Positions 10,541 to 18,058 of a stretch of 23,003 nt of DNA are shown piece after piece. The position numbers were made by a program, and so were the translations under genes. The notes beneath the pieces are model-generated. The model did not search any database. It was given only the letters and a program-made list of their open reading frames with translations, and was not told the origin of the DNA. This DNA comes from Oligoflexia bacterium. Its GTDB lineage: Bacteria > Bdellovibrionota > UBA1018. Numbering within the stretch: the stretch's first letter is position 1; each line of letters begins with the position of its first letter. The stretch is from positions 1-23,003 of the forward strand of contig JAYTHP010000231.1 in NCBI GenBank assembly GCA_043732485.1. The letters run 5' to 3'.

Positions 10541-11739
10541 AAGGCCCGAATCAGGTATTGAATCAGAAAGCGGGTATCGCCTTGACTCAAATAACTGGCT
10601 CCTAGTTCTTCCGTATAATAGCTCAAATTGAGTTCGGCTTTTTTACCTTTTACGCCTACTCCTAGTGAACCATACCCGCCATTCCAGCCGCCACGAAAGA
10701 AAACTTGCTCATGCAAGGCCATCTCAAGCCCCAAAGCCAAGTGGGCCAGCGGCGTGGTTTGGGTAGCATTCAGCGCATCGCGGTAAACTCCCACCACGTT
10801 CATCACAATCCCGCGCTCCAAATGAGGCTGGGCGCTTAGGGAAACATCGAGCGTGCGGGGGTCACAAGACGGGAGCGTCGAGCCGCCTTGCGCCACGGAA
10901 AGGAGACTAAAGGCGTGATAACCGGTTTGAAAGGCATTTCTCACCACCACGTTGAGTGCGGGGAGCGAGGGCAGCGGGGCAATCAGCGTGAGGCCAAGCA
11001 GTCCGCTCAGGGCTGAGCCTTGTTGCATGTTATTGAAGTAGGAAAGCGTGCTCGAGCTGGCCACCGAACTTGCCACCGACGACACGCTGGCGGCGGAGTT
11101 GACCCATTGCACACTGGCGCCCAGCCGGAGCCTCCCCTTAAACAAGCGAAAGCCTGAACCCACCGCAGGAATCAACTGCAGCTGCGAGCGATACTGCACG
11201 TTACTCGCCGCCGACGGCGACGACTGACGGCCTAGAAACTCAGCCACCCCGAGCAACCCGACACTGATTCCTGGCAGGGCAACGCCTAAGGCAAACGTTG
11301 ACCCGCCGCCGATCCAACGGCCAGGACTTTTCGCCAAAACTGCCTGCTGTGCGGCGAGATCGCTAAAACTCGTTAAGCTTGAGCTAAAATTAGACACTAA
11401 CCCCTGATTCCCAAAAAGACTTAAATTGAACCAATCGACGGGCGGTTGCTTAATCCGACGACCTAAGTGTGCAGGATTATTATAAAGGGAAGCCGCCACC
11501 TCCTCCCCTAAGGGTAAAAAGGCATCCCCCATGGCAGCCGCCCGCCCGGACAAATAGGGCGACCCTGGGATCAAGACTTGCCTGGCTGAGGCAACAGGCG
11601 TGGGCAAGCAAAAAACGCAAGCGCCAACAACAGCAACCACCAGACGCCGCCCCCGCCCCCTCTTTGGGCTTCGACGCCGCACGAGGGCAGTCTGAGGAGC
11701 GCTGGCCGGTTGACGGTGCAAAAACCTTATGAACTGCAT
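10537..11739 (-). CDS. Outer-membrane beta-barrel protein, TraF/PorV/FadL-like
   Basis: Signal peptide RRLVVAVVGACVFCLPTPVASA; GRAAAMGDAF...SLYNNPAHLG motif; amphipathic strands ending GLEM...FRGGWNGGY...YTEELG. The start is uncertain: ATG 11739 avoids overlapping the divergent HD gene, while the track gives 11844. Confidence 0.65.
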   Translation of the reverse strand: MQFIRFLHRQPASAPQTALVRRRSPKRGRGRRLVVAVVGACVFCLPTPVASARQVLIPGSPYLSGRAAAMGDAFLPLGEEVAASLYNNPAHLGRRIKQPPVDWFNLSLFGNQGLVSNFSSSLTSFSDLAAQQAVLAKSPGRWIGGGSTFALGVALPGISVGLLGVAEFLGRQSSPSAASNVQYRSQLQLIPAVGSGFRLFKGRLRLGASVQWVNSAASVSSVASSVASSSTLSYFNNMQQGSALSGLLGLTLIAPLPSLPALNVVVRNAFQTGYHAFSLLSVAQGGSTLPSCDPRTLDVSLSAQPHLERGIVMNVVGVYRDALNATQTTPLAHLALGLEMALHEQVFFRGGWNGGYGSLGVGVKGKKAELNLSYYTEELGASYLSQGDTRFLIQYLIRAL

Positions 11740-11765
11740 GACGATCTTATCGACCACTCTTTTAT

Positions 11766-11793
11766 TTAAGAAAGTCTTATTTTCTATCGATAA
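11766..11793 (+). promoter_or_regulatory. Putative sigma28 (FliA) promoter of the HD-GYP gene
   Basis: TTAAG (11766-70), N16, TCGATAA (11787-93), compared with the consensus TAAA-N15-GCCGATAA. Lies in the AT-rich divergent gap. Confidence 0.55.
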
Positions 11794-11806
11794 CTTTTTA
11801 TCACTC

Positions 11807-12526
11807 ATGCTGGAAGATTTACCGCTCTGGGCAGTCGGCATCATTCGCTCACTCCTCCAGACCCTTTACCTCCGCGACCCCTATACCTTCGGCCATTGCT
11901 GTCGGGTGTCGTACTATAGTCAGCACTTAGCGCAAGCCGCAGGTTTGTCCGAGCACGAGCAGAAAGTCATCGAATATGCTTCTCTTTTCCACGATATTGG
12001 CAAAGTCGGGATCCCCGACCGGGTTTTACGCAAACCGCAACGCCTCAATAGCGAAGAAATGACTTTGATGAAAACCCACCCAGAGTTGGGGGAAACCATC
12101 TTACAGCCGCTGGCAGCCCAGTTACCCTTTTTTAAGGCACTCCTCCCCGGGATCCGCTCCCACCACGAACGGATTGATGGCACCGGCTACCCCGATGGCA
12201 GCACTGAGGACCACATCCCGCTGCTAGCCAAAATCATTTTAATTGCCGACACCTTTGACGCGATGACCACCGATCGCCCCTACCGTCAAGGCCTTGATCT
12301 CTCGTCCGCTTACAAAGAGCTCAAACAGTTTTCAGGCCGCCAGTTTGATGCCTCCCTGGTCAAAATCTTTTTGCAAGCACACGGTCATTGGAAGCCTACC
12401 CCAACCCAGCAGTTCCTGGCACTCCTCAACTTGCCAGCAGGCAGCGCAAACAGCCTTTTATCCCTAACCCCCGACAGCTTACAGCCCTTAACCCCCCTCA
12501 AACCCTTCAAGCGAGCCGCCTCATGA
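11807..12526 (+). CDS. Stand-alone HD-GYP domain phosphodiesterase (c-di-GMP/cGAMP-type)
   Basis: DPYTFGHCCRV, FHDIGKVGIP, HPELG, HHERIDGTGYPDG and IADTFDAMTTDRPYR are all intact. Start chosen at ATG 11807 (MLEDL); the track gives 11729. Confidence 0.92.
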   Translation: MLEDLPLWAVGIIRSLLQTLYLRDPYTFGHCCRVSYYSQHLAQAAGLSEHEQKVIEYASLFHDIGKVGIPDRVLRKPQRLNSEEMTLMKTHPELGETILQPLAAQLPFFKALLPGIRSHHERIDGTGYPDGSTEDHIPLLAKIILIADTFDAMTTDRPYRQGLDLSSAYKELKQFSGRQFDASLVKIFLQAHGHWKPTPTQQFLALLNLPAGSANSLLSLTPDSLQPLTPLKPFKRAAS

Positions 12527-12608
12527 ACCCCCGGCACGACTCTGTTACGCCGCAACCGTCTTTGGGGCAGCCTTTTCGACTCTTTCTGGGGGTCTTTAAC
12601 GCCGATGA

Positions 12609-12635
12609 TCAAGATTTTTCCACTTGCACCGATCA
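12609..12635 (+). promoter_or_regulatory. Putative sigma28 promoter upstream of the kinase
   Basis: TCAAG (12609-13), N14, ACCGATCA (12628-35), matching the TCAAG-N14-GCCGATAA form of the consensus. Confidence 0.5.
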
Positions 12636-12814
12636 GTGGAAAGGCACTAGGCCCCAGAGGGGCAAGCAGAGGGGTGAGACGGTACGCAGTCCGTCGCGCT
12701 CCGGCAACCAAGAGAAGAGAGTAGTCGTGAACCGAAAGCGGGAATGGGCACACAACAACAACCACCACACTCACACTCACAACGGCTTGCACAGCACAAG
12801 CGTAGGCGCGCTAG

Positions 12815-15082
12815 ATGCCTGATATTTTGAAGAAATTTGGCAAATACTTTTTGCTCGATCTCATCGCCCAAGGAGGCATGGCGGAGATTTACCGCGCCCG
12901 CATGGCTTCGCTTGATGCCGGCAGTCGTTTGCTCGTGATCAAGCGCATTCAAGCGGGTTTTGGTCAAAATTCCGAATTTGTCCGCATGTTTCGCTCCGAA
13001 ATTAACGTCACCATGGGTTTTAATCACCCCAACATCGTGCAACTCTATGATTTTGGTGAGGAACTCAAACAACCTTTCATCGCCATGGAGCTGGTGGAAG
13101 GCCGCAACTTGCGGCAACTCTCGATGCGCTTTGTGGAGATCAATCAAAGCCTCCCAGTCGAGCTTGCCACCTACATTGGCGAGCAAGCGGCGGCAGGCTT
13201 ACAGTACGCCCACTCGTTTAAAGATAAAATCTCAGGCGAGCCGCTCAGCATCGTGCACCGCGACATTAGCCCGCAAAACATCCTGATTTCCTACGAAGGC
13301 AACGTCAAGGTCATTGACTTTGGGATTGCCAAGGCCACCAACAGCGACAGCACCCGGGCCGGGGTGATTAAAGGAAAACCCAGTTATCTCTCGCCCGAAC
13401 AAATCAGCGGCTCTCCCTTAGATGGCCGCAGCGATATCTTTGCCCTAGGCGCCGTGATCTGGGAAATGCTGACCAACCGTAAGCTCTTTGCCGGAGAAAA
13501 CGACCTAGCCGTGCTCAAGCTGATTGAGAATTGCCAGCGCCACGTCAAAGCCCCCTCCAGCCTCAACTCAAAAGTGCCGCCCGAACTCGATCAGATCGTG
13601 CTCAAGTGTCTGACTAAATCACCAGAAAACCGCTTTCAGACGGCTGAGGAATTACAACGAGCCTTGCATAAATTGCTTTATAGCTTTCAGCCGAACTTCA
13701 ATCCGGCTGACCTGGCGCACGACGCCAAAGAGCTTTTTAAAGGCGAAATTATCGAAGACCGCAAAAAAATCCAAAAACTCAACGAGCGCGCCGAGGCCCT
13801 GATTCGCGCCTCGCTCTCCTCAGTCCCCCCCCCGAGCAGCGACCCAGACCCCCCCCTCAAAACCCCTGCTCTCCACCGCCCAGCCGAGGACGACGCAGAG
13901 AGCGATGGCGACGCCCTAGAACCAGGGGACCCCGAGACCCCCGTGGCGGCCGCCCACAGTCGCTCTAAAAAACTAAAAAAAGAAGCCGCAGGAGCAAGAG
14001 CAGCAGCAGCGTCGTCTCCTGGCAAAGCTAGCACTGCAAGTCGTGAGGCTGTCTTCCAGGTGCAGCAAAGCCCAGGCAGAATTGAGCTCGAATCCACCCA
14101 ATTTGCCATCCCTCACAAAGCAAACCCCCTCGGCCCACCCGTGCTTGCCAGCGTGGGAACCAGCAGGCCTCTGCTCCACCCCACCCAAGTAAAAACCCGC
14201 TACTTAGCCAAACCAGCCGCAAGCCACACCTCCTGGCTGCAACTACTGGCATTGGCCATCCCGGCCATGCTGTTACTCGCTTTTTTTGGTCCAGATTTTG
14301 GGGTCTCCGTCCCCGTGCTCTCCCCCTGGTTAAATGGCAGTAGCAGCAGCAGTCCTGCCGCCAGTGCCAGCCTATCGCTGACTGGCAACTATGAGGGGGT
14401 AGAAATTCGCTTCAATGGTCAACTGCTTCCCGACACCACCCGCTTACCGACGGCAGTGAAAGGTCTGAGCATCGGCGTGCCTTTGCAGTTAACCGTCGTG
14501 AGTCGCGAAGGCAGCTTCTCGCAAGTCGTGAGTCTGAAAGCGGGGGAACAAAAAACCCTGCCCGTCACTCTGTCTCAAGCCGCAGCCGTCCCTGCCCTCG
14601 TCACTCCCCCGCTCGTACAAAAAAGCATTGTGATGGCACTGAACATCGTGCCTGCCTCGGCCCAGCAAACCATCACGCTCAATGGCACGCCGGTGAATCC
14701 CCAAAAACCGTCGCTTGAAGTGCCACTCGATGCGCCACTCGATTTAAGTATTCAGCAGCCAGGCTACCGCGCGTTTCGTAAAGAATTTGTCTTAGAGTCG
14801 AAAAACGTGAAAAATCAAAAGGCCTGGCTGATGGAAATCCAACTCGAGCCCACCGAGTTTGGGCTACTCAACCTCAAAACCACCCCCAGCGCCGAAGCTA
14901 CGATTATGATTCACCACACGCCGCACAAACTGAAAACCCCCATTGAAAACGAGAAACTGCCAGTCGGCTCCTACGACATTGTGCTCAGAAATGAACTGCT
15001 CGGCATGGGCAAATCCCTGCACGTGACGATCAGCAATGGCCAAGTCATCACGCTGGACGAGCGCCTGGAGATTAAAAACTAA
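12815..15082 (+). CDS. Membrane-anchored Hanks-type Ser/Thr kinase with C-terminal PEGA-like domains
   Basis: IAQGGMAEIY, VIKRI, HPNIV, HRDISPQN, DFG, GKPSYLSPE and SDIFALG motifs; Pro/Ala-rich linker; TM segment WLQLLALAIPAMLLLAFFG; beta-rich repeats ending TPIENEKLPVGSYDIVL. Confidence 0.93.
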   Translation: MPDILKKFGKYFLLDLIAQGGMAEIYRARMASLDAGSRLLVIKRIQAGFGQNSEFVRMFRSEINVTMGFNHPNIVQLYDFGEELKQPFIAMELVEGRNLRQLSMRFVEINQSLPVELATYIGEQAAAGLQYAHSFKDKISGEPLSIVHRDISPQNILISYEGNVKVIDFGIAKATNSDSTRAGVIKGKPSYLSPEQISGSPLDGRSDIFALGAVIWEMLTNRKLFAGENDLAVLKLIENCQRHVKAPSSLNSKVPPELDQIVLKCLTKSPENRFQTAEELQRALHKLLYSFQPNFNPADLAHDAKELFKGEIIEDRKKIQKLNERAEALIRASLSSVPPPSSDPDPPLKTPALHRPAEDDAESDGDALEPGDPETPVAAAHSRSKKLKKEAAGARAAAASSPGKASTASREAVFQVQQSPGRIELESTQFAIPHKANPLGPPVLASVGTSRPLLHPTQVKTRYLAKPAASHTSWLQLLALAIPAMLLLAFFGPDFGVSVPVLSPWLNGSSSSSPAASASLSLTGNYEGVEIRFNGQLLPDTTRLPTAVKGLSIGVPLQLTVVSREGSFSQVVSLKAGEQKTLPVTLSQAAAVPALVTPPLVQKSIVMALNIVPASAQQTITLNGTPVNPQKPSLEVPLDAPLDLSIQQPGYRAFRKEFVLESKNVKNQKAWLMEIQLEPTEFGLLNLKTTPSAEATIMIHHTPHKLKTPIENEKLPVGSYDIVLRNELLGMGKSLHVTISNGQVITLDERLEIKN

Positions 15083-15133
15083 CCACTCCTGCTCTTCGCC
15101 GCGCACCCCGCCCGCGCCCTTCAGCTCTTGCTC

Positions 15134-16699
15134 TCAGACTATTTTTTCTAAGTGCTGCTGCAGACCTTCGAAAAAACCCCCTAAATGACCGTTCGACAGC
15201 AGGACGATTAAGTCCTGCGCTTGGGCGAGCGCTGCGACCTGAATGACGGCGTCATCACTCCCCCCCCCGCCCCCACCACTCGTACGCAACACCTGGGCAA
15301 AGCCTGCGCCCCGCTTCTGACACAAATCAGCAACTAAGGTTTCGGTGGAAAACAGCTGATCGAGCGGGATTTTGGACTGATCATAGGGCTTGGCAATCAA
15401 AGCCAAATCCGCGAGCGCCAAAGCACCGACAAACGCCTGCTGAAAGACCTTCCTACGTGAGCTGGCACTTCTTGGCTCAAAAATCGCCACCAAGCGCCGC
15501 GCAGGATAACGCGCGCGCAAGGCCTTTAACGTCTCCCGCACGGCCGTCGGATGATGGGCAAAATCATCGATCATCAACACGCCTGCCACCTCGCCTTTCA
15601 CCTCCTGCCGGCGCTTCACCCCGCGAAACGACAGCAAAGCCTGGGCCAGCACGTCCAACCTCACCCCCAGCCTGCGCGCCTCAAGCCAAACGGCCACCGC
15701 GTTTAAGACGTTATGCACGCCAGGCAACTGCAGTTCAAGCTGCCCCCATTTGCGCTCCCCCTCCCACAACTCAAACGTCGTGCGCTCCGGATGAAACGTC
15801 ATATTTTTTGGGAAAAACTGCGCCCCACTGTCCTCCAAACCATAGGTGAGCAGCACCTCAGGCAAGGCATCCCCAAGCCGCGTAAGCAGGGTGTCCACAC
15901 CACTACTACGACTGCCTGACACGCACGCAATCAGCGCGCCGCCCTGCCGAATCCGCTGCCCTAGACCGACAAAAGCCTGCAAGACCGCTTGAAAATCGGG
16001 ATAAATATCGGCGTGATCAAATTCCAGCGAGGTGACGATCACGTCATTGGGCAAATAGTGATTGAACTTTGGCACCTTATCCCAAAAAGCCGTGTCATAT
16101 TCGTCGCCCTCTAAAACAAACGGATGATTTTGCGCTAACTCATGAATATGAAAACTAAAGGGCAAATCATGCGCCACACCGCCAATTAAATAATTGGGCC
16201 GCAAGCCTGCCACCAACAACACGTGAGCCAGTAGACTCGAGGTGGTGGTTTTGCCGTGGGTTCCTGCCACCACGATGTTGCGGGTCAGGGGTAGGAAAAA
16301 CTGCTCCATCATCTCAGGCAAGGAACTATAGGGCACCCCGCACCCACCCTCCACCATCACCGCCTGGGCTTCGGGATTTTGACGCGAGATGACATTGCCA
16401 ATCACGATCCAATCGGGCTTGACTGCGGCGTTTTGCCAAACGGTGGGATCAAACCCCTCAAACACCTGCACGTCAGCTGCAGCCAGCACTTCGCTCATCG
16501 GCGGATAAAGGGGATTGTCACTGCCCGTCACCTCGATGCCCTGCCGGCTTAAGTAAGCGGCAAAAGAGCCCATCAAGGTGCCACCGACGCCAATAATGTG
16601 GACCTTTTTGAGCTTCCCGAAGGAGGGCACCAGGCTTGAGAGCAAAGGGGAAGGTTTCTGAGCAACGTCAACAGCGGAGGGTAGAGGTGGCACACGCAT
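15134..16699 (-). CDS. mpl: UDP-MurNAc:L-Ala-gamma-D-Glu-mDAP ligase (murein peptide ligase)
   Basis: GVGGTLMG, YPPMS, IGNVISR, VAGTHGKTTT, EGDEYDTAFWDKVPKFNHY, LEFDHADIY, DDFAHHPTA and FEPRS. These are Mpl-type rather than MurC-type variants. Confidence 0.93.
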   Translation of the reverse strand: MRVPPLPSAVDVAQKPSPLLSSLVPSFGKLKKVHIIGVGGTLMGSFAAYLSRQGIEVTGSDNPLYPPMSEVLAAADVQVFEGFDPTVWQNAAVKPDWIVIGNVISRQNPEAQAVMVEGGCGVPYSSLPEMMEQFFLPLTRNIVVAGTHGKTTTSSLLAHVLLVAGLRPNYLIGGVAHDLPFSFHIHELAQNHPFVLEGDEYDTAFWDKVPKFNHYLPNDVIVTSLEFDHADIYPDFQAVLQAFVGLGQRIRQGGALIACVSGSRSSGVDTLLTRLGDALPEVLLTYGLEDSGAQFFPKNMTFHPERTTFELWEGERKWGQLELQLPGVHNVLNAVAVWLEARRLGVRLDVLAQALLSFRGVKRRQEVKGEVAGVLMIDDFAHHPTAVRETLKALRARYPARRLVAIFEPRSASSRRKVFQQAFVGALALADLALIAKPYDQSKIPLDQLFSTETLVADLCQKRGAGFAQVLRTSGGGGGGSDDAVIQVAALAQAQDLIVLLSNGHLGGFFEGLQQHLEKIV

Positions 16700-16705
16700 C
16701 TTGTC

Positions 16706-16734
16706 AGTTTGGCGAAAAGTGCAAAAAAAGTCAA
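16706..16734 (-). promoter_or_regulatory. Putative sigma70 promoter of mpl, predicting a leaderless mRNA
   Basis: TTGACT (16734-29), 17 bp, CAAACT (16711-06), 6 nt, then ATG 16699. An AAAAGTGC...GCACTTTT inverted repeat (16715-22 / 16740-47) brackets the -35. Confidence 0.55.
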
Positions 16735-16809
16735 TCCTCGCACTTTTAAGCCTTTTTTCTCACAAACCTGCACTCACTCCCGCGACCTCACCACCCACAC
16801 CACTCAAGG

Positions 16810-17248
16810 TCATTGCTCGTCGGGACGGTGCGTCCTCCGTAGGACTTTTAGATCGCAGCGAAGAGCTCCCAAGTGAATGGGGGGAGCCTGTAAGGACGCG
16901 GTCTTGCTCACCGACGACGACTTAACCCCACTCCGCATGCTTTGCAAGCGACGACTTAAGATGCGCTCGCTGCCCCGATAGCCGAGGGTCACCAGCCGAT
17001 GATACATCTCTCCCGCCCGGTGAGGGAGGGCGCTTGTCTAGCCCATTCTTGCACCTAGCTTGACCATGTTTTCAAGGAATCGACACGCGTCGAGTGGATC
17101 CGCTTCACGAACTGGGAACGGGTTTGCGAGCGAACGTAGTTGTTCACCGTCCAGCGATCCAAGTCGAGCGCTCTAGCAATCGCCGTTACGCGGAGGCCCG
17201 CTGTGCTTTTAATCGTTTTATCTCACCAAATAACCCATCGCTCACCAT
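16810..17248 (-). pseudogene. Degraded IS transposase fragment (IS21 IstA N-terminal-like HTH; ISL3 internal HTH is the alternative)
   Basis: Stitched translation MVSDGLFGEIKRLKAQ/fs/GLRVTAIARALDLDRWTVNNYVRS...SLKTWSS*VQEWARQAPSLTGRE/fs/MYHRLVTLGYRGSERILSRRLQSMR. Two frameshifts (~17200, ~17009), in-frame TAG at 17055-57, AAGGAG upstream of ATG 17248, and no DDE domain. Confidence 0.75.
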
Positions 17249-17645
17249 GTGCCCACGCTCCTTAGTCTAGCTCTGCTGCTGCTCTACGAAAGCCTTTAAA
17301 AAGATCCTCACAACCGTTCCCTCAACCGTTAACGAAGGTGAGTCCCTCTGTGGAACAGCATGCTAGAATCATCAGGCCAAAAAAACAAGAGGCGAAGGCG
17401 GCGGCGCATTCCAAGTTGGGGAGAAGGGAGGGGGAGAAGTCAAGGGGAAGCCTATGTCGAGACAAAAAACGACCTCCCAACGATCTCAATCATCACACTG
17501 ACGATTAAAATCATCCCCCTCAAGCAAAGCCCCGCAAACACCCTTTTGCTGCAAAAAAATCTCCTTAACTCTGGATTTTGCCAGCACTCTTAAAATTTCA
17601 TCATAGCTCACGAAGCGAGAGCGACTTGCGTGAAAAGCGTTTTTC

Positions 17646-17673
17646 TTAACGACACCCTTATTTTGACCGATAG
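17646..17673 (+). promoter_or_regulatory. Possible sigma28-like promoter facing the antitoxin remnant
   Basis: TTAAC (17646-50), N16, CCGATAG (17667-73). Confidence 0.35.
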
Positions 17674-17772
17674 ACGTGGACAACAAGACAGCACAAGTGG
17701 GAGCAGCCGCCAAAGGGGGATCAAACCCATCAGGGAATCGCCCAAGGACCCCAAAAAAAGCCTTCAAACAGA

Positions 17773-18034
17773 ATGAAAAACACAAAAAAGACTTTAACCA
17801 AAAAAAAAGTGAGGCACGCGACCCCTTAGCAGGCGATCTCTCCTGGCTTTTCCATGGCAAAACCCCTTGGCGCCGGATTTTATTGGAACTGCGCCCGAAA
17901 AGCAAAACGATCTCCTTGCGCATGAATGAGGACCGGCTTGCGGCTATGCAAAAAAAAGCGTACCAGCAAGGCATTGCTATTAGAAGTTCATCCGAATTGC
18001 GCTAGAAGCAGCGTTCTTCCAGAAAACAGACTAA
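17773..18034 (+). pseudogene. CopG-family (BrnA-like) antitoxin pseudogene
   Basis: Stitched MKNTKKTLTKKK/fs at A9 17800-08/SEARDPLAGDLSWLF...ELRPKSKTISLRMNEDRLAAMQKKAYQQGI/fs/Y*KFIRIALEAAFFQKTD*. This is a ribbon-helix-helix pattern whose GIxYQ motif is broken by a 1-nt loss and a TAG at 17981-83. Confidence 0.75.
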
Positions 18035-18058
18035 GCCCACCCACCACGTTCCGCCCCC

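Noticed and set aside
10537..11739. Conjugative element suggested by a TraF-like protein
   Set aside because: No relaxase, T4SS or integrase genes nearby; the motif is shared by chromosomal outer-membrane barrels.
11729..11844. Apparent 116-bp head-to-head overlap of the barrel and HD-GYP genes
   Set aside because: It disappears with the downstream starts (11739 and 11807), which leave an AT-rich promoter-containing gap.
16826..16852. Hammerhead-ribozyme-like stem II (GTCC...GGAC) on the minus strand
   Set aside because: The core would read CTAAAAG/GCAC instead of CTGATGA/GAAA.
17486..17974. 162-aa minus-strand ORF with a faint toxin-like KNAF...VSYDEIL patch
   Set aside because: It is mostly antisense to the antitoxin remnant, is in the wrong orientation for a TA operon, and the similarity is too weak.
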